A DNA stretch of 64,000 nucleotides, taken from Nitrososphaerales archaeon (GTDB taxonomy: Archaea > Thermoproteota > Nitrososphaeria > Nitrososphaerales > UBA213). Shown here in pieces: positions 31,684-42,029 of this stretch. The notes below the pieces were generated by a model, which was not told the origin of the DNA, did no database searches, and saw nothing but the letters and a program-made list of their open reading frames with translations. Each line of letters opens with the position of its first letter. The first letter of the stretch is position 1. The stretch is taken from assembly GCA_965197925.1 (NCBI GenBank), contig CBDAOC010000020.1, forward strand, positions 160,001-224,000. Reading direction: 5' to 3'. A program made the position numbers and the translations under genes.

Positions 31684-32814
31684 ATGATGGTAGCGCAAAT
31701 GGCAGATCGCGATGCCTACACAGTTACTCCTTGGACTGTAGAAGGTGAGATTGATTATGACAAATTAATGCAAGAGTTTGGTACGCAAGCAATTGATTCT
31801 GAAATTATGGAAAAGTTAATGAAATATACAGATGACATGCATCCATTTCTAAAACTGAAATACTTCTTCAGCCACCGAGATCTTGACTGGATACTGGATA
31901 AGTATGAAAGGGGTGAGAAATTCTATCTATATACTGGTCGTGGGCCTTCGGGTTCTGTACATTTAGGTCATATAATGCCTTGGATATTTACAAAATACAT
32001 TCAGGACAAATTTGATGTAGAATTGTTATTCCAATTGACTGATGATGAGAAATTTCTTTATGATGATGGTAAGAGCATGAATGAAATAAACAGATATGTA
32101 TATGAGAATATTCTAGATATCATTGCGGTAGGTTTTGATCCCGGAAAGACAAGGATACTTATTGATACGAAGCATATAAACCATCTTTATCCAATTGCCC
32201 TTGAAATAGCTAAGCTTACCACCTTCTCAACTGTAAAGGCCGTGTTTGGATTTCGGAATTCTACCAATATCGGTATGATTTCGTTTCCGGCAGTTCAAGC
32301 AGCACCCTGCTTCCTACCATCGAAAATCGAAGAAAGAAATATCCCTTGTTTGATACCGGCAGCCATAGATCAGGATCCGTATTGGAGGGTTACTAGGGAT
32401 ATAGCAGAGAAGATGGGCTACTATAAACCTGCACAGATACACTCGAAGTTCTTGCCTGGACTAGGAAAAAATGGAAAAATGTCTTCATCAAAACCGGAAA
32501 CAGCAATATTTACCACTGATGACCCTGAAGTAATCGAGAAGAAAATATCAAGCTCTTTTACCGGAGGACAACCGACTATTGAATTACAAAGAAAGTTGGG
32601 TGCGAATGCGGATATATGTCCTGTATTCTGGTATCTTCGTTACATGTTTGAGAATGAAAAGAGCTCGAATGAGCGTTATGTAAAATGCAAAGGAGGAGAT
32701 TTGCTCTGCCATGAATGTAAGCATGATCTCAATAGTACTGTTAAACCTTATATGAAAGAATTCCAGAAAAAAAGAGAAAAGGCAAAAGATAAAGTAAACG
32801 AATTCTTATTCTAA
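31684..32814 (+). CDS. trpS: tryptophan--tRNA ligase
   Basis: VTPW, YTGRGPS, HLGH, AIDQDPY, KMSSS. Confidence 0.97.
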   Translation: MMVAQMADRDAYTVTPWTVEGEIDYDKLMQEFGTQAIDSEIMEKLMKYTDDMHPFLKLKYFFSHRDLDWILDKYERGEKFYLYTGRGPSGSVHLGHIMPWIFTKYIQDKFDVELLFQLTDDEKFLYDDGKSMNEINRYVYENILDIIAVGFDPGKTRILIDTKHINHLYPIALEIAKLTTFSTVKAVFGFRNSTNIGMISFPAVQAAPCFLPSKIEERNIPCLIPAAIDQDPYWRVTRDIAEKMGYYKPAQIHSKFLPGLGKNGKMSSSKPETAIFTTDDPEVIEKKISSSFTGGQPTIELQRKLGANADICPVFWYLRYMFENEKSSNERYVKCKGGDLLCHECKHDLNSTVKPYMKEFQKKREKAKDKVNEFLF

Positions 32815-33285
32815 TTAATGTTTAAGCAAATTACCTTCCCTATCTATTTCCCCACTTTTTATACGCGTCGAGGATATGCGTTTACCGTCTTTCGCGAGCA
32901 CGAGGTCAACAATAATTACATCAACTACAGGTAGGCCCCTTTCGGCCCTCGTCTTGTTTAGTATCACACCTTTCTTTTTTGTTTCCTTACTCACGACCAA
33001 TGCTTCCACATCCTTTGTGTAGAGTGTCGGACCAAAATCTTCCTGCAACTTTCTTATTTCATATTTACTTCTTGGAAAAGAATTTTTTAACAATTTCTTA
33101 AGGTTAACAATTCTAATTTTGTAACTATTTCTTACACATTTACCACGTTGTGCAGCAAATGTATCTGTCGTGACTCCAATAATTACTGATTCACTAATGT
33201 TGAATGCGTGTCTCAATAATTCTACATGTCCCTTATGTAATATATCGAAAGTTCCGCCCATTGCTACTAGTTTATACTTACACAC
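32815..33285 (-). CDS. coaD: phosphopantetheine adenylyltransferase
   Basis: GGTFDILHKGH, VVSKET, ISSTRI. Confidence 0.88.
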   Translation of the reverse strand: MCKYKLVAMGGTFDILHKGHVELLRHAFNISESVIIGVTTDTFAAQRGKCVRNSYKIRIVNLKKLLKNSFPRSKYEIRKLQEDFGPTLYTKDVEALVVSKETKKKGVILNKTRAERGLPVVDVIIVDLVLAKDGKRISSTRIKSGEIDREGNLLKH

Positions 33286-33393
33286 AACGATCTTTAACTA
33301 CGTTATAACAATTAACCATTTTCTAATAGCTTATAGGTATTGGTATACATTGTAAACTTGCACGATATATATTAATCACAGAAAAGATTTCTC

Positions 33394-34152
33394 ATGTATC
33401 CAAGTTGCAACGTAATGTCAAGAATAATGATAGTTCCCATAGTTGGACTCCTAATACTAGCCCAAGGAGCACATGCACATCATGTGGATGATAGGTTTGG
33501 CATATTCATATTGATAACACCACAAAAATACAATTTTGATACAGGAGAAACCGTAACTATAGATGGAGAGGTACATGCGTTAAGAAATGGCTCTCCCGTA
33601 CTGTTAAAAGTCTATAACTCCAAAAATTCTGCCTGCAGCTTTCAACAACTATCCCTAGAACATGATATGAAGTTCAAGGCTCAACCCATAATTCTTCTGG
33701 GTGACCTATGTAGTGTTGAGGGAGAATATAAAGTGACTGCACATTATGGTAGTGGAAGATCTTTAACAACGTTCAGTGTTGCTGGGTCTACTGAAGAAAT
33801 GGTGGTAGGTGAAGCAGAGGTGATAAATGCACAGATCGTCTCTAACTTTCTTAGAGTAGACAACAAGTACCCCATCGATATGAACTGGGCTACAAATGCA
33901 ATTCTTCTCAGGAGTAACATGAATCAAACATTAACGTTCTACATGATGTTAAATGAATTTGACGCAAATGAAATCGCAAATAAAATTTCCTATAGAGAAA
34001 TAAAACTTGAACCTTTCAAGAAGGAATATATAATTGCACCATTTGTCCCTCAGATCATCGATGGAAAACCTAATGGATATTTGCATGTGTTTGCATGGAC
34101 CTCATTGGAAAATCCAACGCCTCTTCATCCAGGACTTTACATACCGTATTAA
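33394..34152 (+). CDS. secreted hypothetical protein
   Basis: Signal-peptide-like N-terminus (AHA), beta-rich Ig-like segments, C-terminal FAWTSLENPTPL. Confidence 0.75.
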   Translation: MYPSCNVMSRIMIVPIVGLLILAQGAHAHHVDDRFGIFILITPQKYNFDTGETVTIDGEVHALRNGSPVLLKVYNSKNSACSFQQLSLEHDMKFKAQPIILLGDLCSVEGEYKVTAHYGSGRSLTTFSVAGSTEEMVVGEAEVINAQIVSNFLRVDNKYPIDMNWATNAILLRSNMNQTLTFYMMLNEFDANEIANKISYREIKLEPFKKEYIIAPFVPQIIDGKPNGYLHVFAWTSLENPTPLHPGLYIPY

Positions 34153-34458
34153 TATCTGTTCAAAAACATATAATGCGGTATTGAGATAAAGAGAATGGGC
34201 TATTGACAATATTAAGAATAGGAAGAAATGGATATTCTTCAGAATGCTTTTGGGTCGAAATCTACAGTAATTAAGTTATCCTTTTTCATATGCGTAAAAG
34301 GATAAAGTGTATGATTATAGATACCCAGTTTTAATGTGGAAAGTTCTAAAAACTAGCCTGCCAGGAACAAGTGTTAAATTAGCTCTAACGAAGAATGTAT
34401 TAATGCTAGTGTTTAAAATAATTTTTCTTCGGTAACAATTGAAATTGGTCTTAAAATA

Positions 34459-34591
34459 TGGACTGGGAGGGATTTGAACCCTCGACCTCTCGTGGACCAT
34501 GGATTTATCCATAAAATCTTCCGCGTGCAAGGCGGACCTTAGCGGATTTGAAATTCATTCAAATCCTGTTCTACCCCTGAACTACCAGCCC
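34459..34591 (-). tRNA. tRNA-Ala(TGC) with two non-canonical introns (25/26, 30 nt; 43/44, 31 nt)
   Basis: G3:U70 acceptor GGGCTGG/CCAGTCC; TCCGC-CTTGCAC-GCGGA; two hairpin inserts with relaxed BHB motifs. Confidence 0.9.
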
Positions 34592-34632
34592 ATGGATGTA
34601 TTGCATTTCGATAATGATTTAAGTGTTTATTG

Positions 34633-34791
34633 TTAAAAAAAATCCTCTTTTAGAGGATTCAGAAATATTGTGTCGTTACAATCATCCAAATGCTCCTTGA
34701 TTTCTTCTCTAGTGTTTAGATCAGTACAGCATGAGATACAGTGATATACACCAAAAACTTCTTTTTCACATCTATCGCATTGTTCACTCAT
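34633..34791 (-). CDS. 52-aa Cys/His-rich microprotein (zinc-finger-like)
   Basis: MSEQCDRCEKEVFGVYHCISCCTDLNTREKIKEHLDDCNDTIFLNPLKEDFF*; below the ORF-track cutoff. Confidence 0.6.
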   Translation of the reverse strand: MSEQCDRCEKEVFGVYHCISCCTDLNTREEIKEHLDDCNDTIFLNPLKEDFF

Positions 34792-34910
34792 GAAATAACC
34801 AGACTGAAGGTTTCTTATGTCTTAGCGGGTCAGATAATCTTCGCTTTCTACTTTGCTAAAAGTTTCGTACCTTTTGACAAATATAAATATCGGTCAGATT
34901 CTGAAATGTT

Positions 34911-35003
34911 GGGCCTGTAGCTCAGCTTGGCTGGAGCGTTCGGCTGATAACCGAAATGTTATCGACACGGGATAGGTCATGGGTTCGAATCCCATTAGGC
35001 CCA
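34911..35003 (+). tRNA. tRNA-Ile(GAT) with 18-nt intron at 43/44
   Basis: GGGCCTG/TAGGCCC acceptor; TTCGG-CTGATAA-CCGAA; BHB-like ACCG/CGGG helix. Confidence 0.92.
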
Positions 35004-35176
35004 CAATATTATAAATACAAATAAGATAATAATCTATAATAATACGGAAAAAGTTTTTAGCAAAAAGTAATACAGCCCGCTAGCAGTATTCTTGTATGGA
35101 CTTTGCATCAGAGAGTAGGAAACAACATCCAATCAGATTGGAATTCCTCAATAAGTTCAAATTCTTATAATTATTA

Positions 35177-36243
35177 GAGAATGGGTATAATTAATAATAA
35201 TATTTCGATATTGTTTCTTTAACTTCCCAGTATGTGTTTCAATGGTCTCAGAGCTCTTCCTGTCAAATTGTAGTATACTATCAACTAGTATTGCAATATA
35301 GAAATCAGAACGATGCTCGTAGCTTTATCAAATCCTTAAACAGGTAATGGATCTATCAAATACATCCTTTATATGCTCTGCCAATGGTTGAGCGCTTATG
35401 CTTTGCGAATTTACATACTACCCAAATTCAGATTGATAGAACTGTAATAATGCTAGCCTATCATGCTTTGTATGCTTGTAACTTCTTTCTATAGGGAATA
35501 CAAGGAACACTTTACTTGCTGAACTGATATAATTCATGGTTATCATATCCCTCATCTACAGCAACGTACCTAATTCCTTCTGGCAATAATGATGTAATAC
35601 CCGATAAATATTATCATTATGAATATTGGTTATAGTGAGGTCAACAGATAATGGTACAATCAATGAACCTATACTAGATGTCATATCCACCTTGTATCCA
35701 AGTATCCATCACTTGGTTTTGCCGTAGCCCCACTTGTATTTGGATCTATTCCAGGGTATGGATTAATATCCTTCATCATGCTTGATTTGTGCCATACATG
35801 TCCATTATTCTATAAGCATCTATCAACAGATACAATGAATGGATCCACCAATCCTTCTCTTACAAACAGAAGTGTCATTACATCTATTCTTGACTTTATG
35901 TCATATTATATCGTCTTAAACCTTCTGTTGAAAGTTCTTCTGTTAGGCAATCTACCAAGACCACATGATTTCATTACTCTTGTTGTATTCAATGTTTAAA
36001 AAAATATTGATGTAATAGATTGTTGCTAGGAAGTCCTAGCCACATTGGTAAGATGAAGCACCTAAGCATTACTATTGGTGAATATTAGAAGGGTCTACTT
36101 CTTTTCCTATTAGGTTTTGGTCAAGGAATCACACCAATTAAAGATAATATACGAAGAAGTATCGAGTCTGAGTTACACATATCAACAATAAAAACTGGAA
36201 ATTGTTCTTATCGTTTCGAGTTACTTAATTACCCCCAAGCCTC
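35177..36243 (-). mobile_element. decayed DDE IS, same family as 54348-55436
   Basis: Colinear nucleotide similarity to the 54-55 kb element, shared end CCCAAGCCTC, many frameshifts. Confidence 0.85.
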
Positions 36244-36525
36244 AGTTAGCTACAAACTATATTTTTGAAAAGTGATCCTTAAGACATAGAACAAATAGAA
36301 TAAGAATATAGGAAATTGTCACGTATACAAAGTATATGTATATCTCTTCCAAGATGTGCTTGTAAGAAAATTCATGAACTTTGCATGTATGGTGCGACGG
36401 AATCCTGCAAGAAATAAACATCTTAATTATTCTCAGTTTTCACTTTAGGTAGAATATTTTAGGGAGAAATGCAAATTCAAGTAGTAACTTAAATACCTGA
36501 AACATAAAATTTTCTATGAAATCAA

Positions 36526-38385
36526 TTGTTACCTAGCGTAACTGAATTCCTTGGATTGTTGGTCCTACTCCTTGGAGGAGCAATGGTTGGGGCTGCACTT
36601 ATTAAAAAAATTCGTTATCCCCCTGTTCTTGGTTTTATTCTTATAGGCGTAGCCATCGGACCCTTTGGCTTTGGGGTAATAACAGATCTTGAACTTGTTG
36701 ATCTGTTAGCAGAATTTGGGATAGTAATTCTACTTTTTGTGGTCGGTCTTGAATTCAGCATTGGTAAGTTGAGGGAAGTTGGAGGTACAGCTCTCATAAT
36801 TGGTTTGATCGAACAATCCATCATGTTCTTTGTAGGTTTCATAATTGGTTCTCTGTTAGGGTGGAGTATAACAGAATCACTCTACTTGGCAGGCGTTCTC
36901 GCTATTAGCAGTACTGCAATTGCAATAAAATTACTGAAGGATGTCGGCATACTACATACAAAAGAAGCAGGTACGGTTATTGGTACATTAATCATAGAAG
37001 ACCTTACGGCAATACTAATACTAGCTATACTTACAAACGTTAGTAGCGGGGATGTGGGGATATTCGAGGTCTCTATAACCGCAGCAGAGACCATAGCATT
37101 TTTCATTATTACGCTAGGAATAGGACTAAAGGTTGTGCCGAAGATAATAGAAACCGTCGATAGACTTGATATCGATGAGGCTCCATTCTTGACAGCTTTA
37201 GCATTAGGATTTGGTCTTGCATTCCTAGCAAATTATTTGGGACTAAGCACAGCCATCGGAGCCTTCCTAATGGGTATGATGATAGCATCTGCTCCTAAAG
37301 CAGATGCAATAAAAAACAAAATTGTTCCATTACACGACTTTTTCGTCACAATATTTTTTGTATCGATAGGTATGCTGATCAACATTAGTTTATTTCCAGA
37401 TTATGTGTGGATATCGATCCCAATCATCTTAGTGGCAATAATAGGCAAATTTACAGGGAATTTCTTGGGGGCATTTCTCTCAGGGCATAGTAGGGAGGGA
37501 GCTGCAACTGTAGGTATAATAATGGTTCCAAGAGGAGAGTTTTCTTTTATCATTGCCAAACAAGGCATAGACCTGAATGCTGTTAGAGAAGCAATCTTTC
37601 CTATTACAATGTTAGTATCTTTTGTAAGCATAGTTGTTGTACCAATTCTAATGAGAATTCTCCCAACTATCAGGGACTCAAGAACAATTATCCCTACTCG
37701 ATTGTTTACTCCCTTGGAGCTATTAGGCACTTTATTCAGGAACTTTATGCTAAGCTTCCAGCAGAGGGAAAGTGTCAAAGAAGCTATGCATATCATCATA
37801 CCAAAAATGGTAATAAATATTGCTATAATAGCAGCTTTACTCTCTGCACTTTCACTAACAGATCCCTACGTTCTTAGACTGTACCAGACTTTTTCGTCAT
37901 TACAAATAGTAACATATGAAATATTCAAACTATTGCTCACTGTGGTCGTTTTAGCATATCCAATCATAAGTATTTTTGGTAAAACTGGAAAGATTACGGA
38001 ATCACTGTTTGACTCTACCCAAAGCAGGATTATTAAAGCTCCTATACACATTGGTGGGATGAACTATGTCCATAGAATTATCAGGAATGTTGTAACTGGT
38101 GTAGCAGTATTATTGGTATCAAGTTTTATTACACCATCAGTTTCTGTAATTACCGATATTGATATGATATTGCCTATATCGTCATTCGTTACACTCGCAG
38201 TTTTTGTCTATCTCCTGTCGGATACATTCTTTGTGATTAATAGAAGAATGGAACGAGGCATAATTACATCATTATTAAATCCTATAGTAGACACAAAGGA
38301 ACAGGAAGTGGTCCCCAAAAAAAGAGAACTGCAAGATGGAGACGAAAAGTGGAAAGAAAGTTCTGACAAAGAACTAGGTCTATAA
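36526..38385 (+). CDS. cation:proton antiporter (CPA2/Kef-like)
   Basis: LAEFGIVILLFVVGLEF, ISSTAI, LIIEDL, PRGEFS; many TM helices. Confidence 0.92.
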   Translation: MLPSVTEFLGLLVLLLGGAMVGAALIKKIRYPPVLGFILIGVAIGPFGFGVITDLELVDLLAEFGIVILLFVVGLEFSIGKLREVGGTALIIGLIEQSIMFFVGFIIGSLLGWSITESLYLAGVLAISSTAIAIKLLKDVGILHTKEAGTVIGTLIIEDLTAILILAILTNVSSGDVGIFEVSITAAETIAFFIITLGIGLKVVPKIIETVDRLDIDEAPFLTALALGFGLAFLANYLGLSTAIGAFLMGMMIASAPKADAIKNKIVPLHDFFVTIFFVSIGMLINISLFPDYVWISIPIILVAIIGKFTGNFLGAFLSGHSREGAATVGIIMVPRGEFSFIIAKQGIDLNAVREAIFPITMLVSFVSIVVVPILMRILPTIRDSRTIIPTRLFTPLELLGTLFRNFMLSFQQRESVKEAMHIIIPKMVINIAIIAALLSALSLTDPYVLRLYQTFSSLQIVTYEIFKLLLTVVVLAYPIISIFGKTGKITESLFDSTQSRIIKAPIHIGGMNYVHRIIRNVVTGVAVLLVSSFITPSVSVITDIDMILPISSFVTLAVFVYLLSDTFFVINRRMERGIITSLLNPIVDTKEQEVVPKKRELQDGDEKWKESSDKELGL

Positions 38386-38386
38386 C

Positions 38387-39328
38387 TTACTGTTTGGATT
38401 TCTTATACAATTCTTCAGCCCACTGTACCACTGAGTCTAGGTTATTGACATAAAGGTCAGCTCCTAGTTCATTAACCTGTTCATCTTCTATATCGATAGC
38501 GTCACCTTCCACAAGGATAAACATTTTTTTGTTGAATTTTGATCTAATAGATTTTATTGTCTCACTTGTACTCCGGAGATGTTCTTTTTTCATTATGGAT
38601 ATACCCAGTATCATTAACCCTCTTCGAGTTTTCCAAATATTGTTCAGGAACTTTAATAGATCAATGTCAAACAACAGATCCGTTTCCGATGCTATACTTC
38701 CCAAAAAGTAAGAATTCCATCCTTTTACGTAGAATGCCACTGATATTATCTTTGGATTTACAGTGGCCGATTCTCCCTGCGCGCTCATGAAAACAGTATA
38801 TGCGTTTGGTTTAATGTTATCTCGTGGAGAATTAAATTTTATTAGATCTATAGACTCGCTGATCAAATTACCTATGAACACAGATTCACTAATGGTGATC
38901 CTCCCTCTCTTGTATAACTCGTAAGTAGTGTTTAGGGCGGGAGTTATGACAGAAGAAAGAAGTTCTATAGTATCCAGGCCTGAATGTAAAACGTTAACTA
39001 TTATTCTCCTCGCTTCACCTTCAGAATGAGCCAATACGGCATTCAAATACCTCTGATGAACCTCAAGGATATCAATGGGTAGCTCGAATTCAGTAACTCC
39101 CTCAGCAAGATGCCAAACATTTACTGAACCTACCTCCTTCTTTTTTACCAACCCAATGGTCTGCAAAATATTAAGATACTTAGCAAGGGTAATCCTGTTG
39201 ACACCGATCTTTTTAGCCATCTCTACTCCTGAAAGACCAGTATCAATGTCCTCAAGAGCTTCGATAATCTTGTGTTTAATCTCCTGGTGGGAATATCTTT
39301 TCAATATGTTGATATTGCTAATGAACAT
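38387..39328 (-). CDS. HTH regulator with cobalamin-binding-like domain
   Basis: N-terminal HTH (GLSGVEMAKKIGVNRITLAKYL) plus B12-binding-like helical cap and Rossmann region. Confidence 0.75.
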   Translation of the reverse strand: MFISNINILKRYSHQEIKHKIIEALEDIDTGLSGVEMAKKIGVNRITLAKYLNILQTIGLVKKKEVGSVNVWHLAEGVTEFELPIDILEVHQRYLNAVLAHSEGEARRIIVNVLHSGLDTIELLSSVITPALNTTYELYKRGRITISESVFIGNLISESIDLIKFNSPRDNIKPNAYTVFMSAQGESATVNPKIISVAFYVKGWNSYFLGSIASETDLLFDIDLLKFLNNIWKTRRGLMILGISIMKKEHLRSTSETIKSIRSKFNKKMFILVEGDAIDIEDEQVNELGADLYVNNLDSVVQWAEELYKKSKQ

Positions 39329-39378
39329 GATAAAAGCTTATCAATGGTGATTAACATAAGTATCCGAGAAAACAACAA

Positions 39379-39559
39379 TACATCAAACAGAGCCGATTTT
39401 TCAGGTGGATGGCTGATTATTCCCTAAAGGGCATTTCTAGGATGTTATCCTTACACTTAGAATTGAAGAATGTAAAGTAAGGCATGAGTCAGGTGCTAAT
39501 CCCGTATGGGATAGCATTTTTAGATCATTGTAAACAAAAAATGGCTTTGATCTGATGTA
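39379..39559 (+). ncRNA. candidate structured RNA of unknown class
   Basis: Nested closing stems TACATCA/TGATGTA, CAGAGCC/GGCTTTG, ATTTTT/AAAAAT enclosing several hairpins. Confidence 0.45.
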
Positions 39560-39612
39560 CTCAAACACTAGTAGATATTTATTTTGGAGTGCAAGTCTCT
39601 GCATAGAGAGTC

Positions 39613-41427
39613 GTGTTGGAAGGCAAGTTAGTGCTAGACACAAGCATAATCATCGGTGTTAGAATATCGGAGATGCTTGAATTAGGAGAGATAGAAAATG
39701 CAGAAATAATAATCCCCCTTGCCGTTCTTGATGAACTGCAGGCACAAGCATCCACAAACAGGGAGACTGGATTTGTTGGACTTGCAGAGATAAAGAAGAT
39801 AAGGGAACTCTGCAAGGATGGAGGAGTAACTATACGGTATACTGGAGAGAGGCCTAGTATGGATGACATAAAATTAGCAAGGCATGGTCGAATAGATGCT
39901 CTGATAAAGGACGTAGCAAAAAATGAGGATGCTACACTAGTAACTGCGGACCGCGTACAAGCATTAGTTGCAGAGGCTGAAGGTATAAACTCCAAATATA
40001 TGAGCCCGCCAATGAAGGTAACAAATCTCTCCTTTGAAAAATTCTTCGACAACGAAACTATGAGTGTGCATCTTAAGGAGGGCGTTACCCCAATGGCAAA
40101 GCGTGGCAAACCGGGTAATGTTCAACTTGTTAGATTAAGCGAAGAAAAAAGTTCCTATAATGAATTAAATCAGATAGTTAGAGAGGTATATGAAGCCTCA
40201 AGAGTTAGTGGGTTTGGTTCTACCGAGATAAATAGAAATGGTGCTACAGTTATACAACTTGACAGATATAGGATAGCAGTAACAAAACAACCATTTTCAG
40301 ACGGACTAGAAATTACTCTTGTAAGACCTATCGTAAGATTGACTCTTGAAGATTATAGTGTGCCCAGCAAGCTCTTAGATAGGTTGGAGGGTAAAGACGA
40401 GGGTGTGATGATTGCCGGACCTCCAGGATCTGGGAAAAGTACTCTTGCCAGCAGTCTAGCAGATTTTTATGCATCACATGGAAAGATTGTCAAGACATTC
40501 GAATCGCCGAGAGATCTTCAGGTGAGCGAACATGTGACTCAGTACTCCCCCTTAGAGGGAAGTTTCGATAAGGCTGCCGAAATCTTGCTTCTAGTAAGAC
40601 CAGACTACACAATATTCGACGAGGTTAGAAAGGCAAACGACTTTCTTGTCTTCACAGACATGCGTCTTGCCGGTGTAGGCATGGTTGGAGTGATACATGC
40701 GAGCAGCCCATTAGACGCTGTCCAGAGATTTATTGGAAAGGTAGACTTGGGTATGATACCCCACATTCTTGATACAATAATATTTGTGAAGGAGGGAAGG
40801 ATAGAAAAAGTGTATGAGCTGGATTTGACTGTCAGAGTTCCTACTGGTATGATGGAACAGGATCTTGCAAGGCCAGTAATTAATGTAAGAGATTTTGAGA
40901 CAGGAAAATTGGAGTATGAAATTTATACTTTCGGGGAGGAAAATGTTGTAGTGCCCATAACGAAGGAGTCTAATGGGTATGGCATTCGAAAGCTTGCGGA
41001 AGATAGGATATTGGAGTTTATTAGAAGATTTGATAAAAATGCTGAAGTTGAAATAACTGCCAAGAATAAAGCTGTTGTAAAAGTTGAGCAATCAGCTATA
41101 CCAATTCTTATCGGCAAGGGGGGTTCTACTATAAATGAATTAGAGAAGATCTTAGGTATCAAAATAGATGTTGAACCAAAACTGAAATCATTAGGAAAAG
41201 ATGTGCATTTTGATATTAGTGAAGTGGGGAATTCCGTTAACATATTATTTGGTGATGAAACTATAGGAAAATCAGTTGATATTTATGTTGATAGTGAATA
41301 TCTTTTCTCTGCAATGGTGGGAAAAAAGGGGAGGATAAGAGTGTCAAAAAAAGCCGATGTTGGTAAGAAGATCATTAATGCCTTGATTACAGGAATACCA
41401 TTAAGGGTTATTACGCAAGTTCGGTAG
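39613..41427 (+). CDS. PIN-domain ATPase with KH domain (PINA)
   Basis: VLDTS PIN start, GPPGSGKS, FDEVR, LIGKGG KH motif. Confidence 0.93.
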   Translation: MLEGKLVLDTSIIIGVRISEMLELGEIENAEIIIPLAVLDELQAQASTNRETGFVGLAEIKKIRELCKDGGVTIRYTGERPSMDDIKLARHGRIDALIKDVAKNEDATLVTADRVQALVAEAEGINSKYMSPPMKVTNLSFEKFFDNETMSVHLKEGVTPMAKRGKPGNVQLVRLSEEKSSYNELNQIVREVYEASRVSGFGSTEINRNGATVIQLDRYRIAVTKQPFSDGLEITLVRPIVRLTLEDYSVPSKLLDRLEGKDEGVMIAGPPGSGKSTLASSLADFYASHGKIVKTFESPRDLQVSEHVTQYSPLEGSFDKAAEILLLVRPDYTIFDEVRKANDFLVFTDMRLAGVGMVGVIHASSPLDAVQRFIGKVDLGMIPHILDTIIFVKEGRIEKVYELDLTVRVPTGMMEQDLARPVINVRDFETGKLEYEIYTFGEENVVVPITKESNGYGIRKLAEDRILEFIRRFDKNAEVEITAKNKAVVKVEQSAIPILIGKGGSTINELEKILGIKIDVEPKLKSLGKDVHFDISEVGNSVNILFGDETIGKSVDIYVDSEYLFSAMVGKKGRIRVSKKADVGKKIINALITGIPLRVITQVR

Positions 41428-41457
41428 ACATTTATCGTTTGGTTCGGAAATTAATTT

Positions 41458-42029
41458 ATGGTTATCAAGATTGATACATCTTGTGTGTTACTAATAATCG
41501 ATTTACAGAATGATTTCATGCCAAGTGGATCTTTGCCCTTGCCCGATTCTGATAAAATTATTCCGGTTCTAAACAGGTATATCGACCTTTTTGAAAAACA
41601 TAAGTTGCTCATATACGCTATTAGAGACTGGCACCCGCCTAATCACATCTCGTTAAGACAGTATGGTGGCATATGGTCGATGCATTGTGTCAAGGATACT
41701 ATAGGAGCAGGATTTCCTGCCGGATTGATTCTACCAAGAAGGACTGCAAAAATCTCCAGGGGGTATGAGTATGACAAGTTGGGATATTCTGCTTTTGAGG
41801 ATAAGGAGCTTGTCGAAAACTTGAAGAAAATAAGATCAAGCGATTGTTAGTCGGTGGCATTGCAACAGACTATTGTGTCAAATCTACTGTGTTAGATGCG
41901 TGTAGGCTTGGTCTTGAGGTTATAGTATTGCAAGACGCTGTAAAAGGGGTAAAGAATAGTGATACAGCTATAAATGAGATGCAAAGTAAGGGTGTTAAGA
42001 TAGCCAAAATAGACGAAATAGTATTCTGA
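41458..42029 (+). pseudogene. pncA: nicotinamidase, frameshifted
   Basis: IIDLQNDF, DWHP, YSAF in ORF1; GIATDYCV in ORF2; 1-nt deletion in an A-run near 41827. Confidence 0.85.

Noticed and set aside
34315..34530. 71-aa ORF
   Set aside because: Overlaps tRNA-Ala.
39379..39559. Cobalamin or TPP riboswitch next to the B12-like regulator
   Set aside because: The conserved core motifs of these riboswitches were not found; kept only as an unknown structure.
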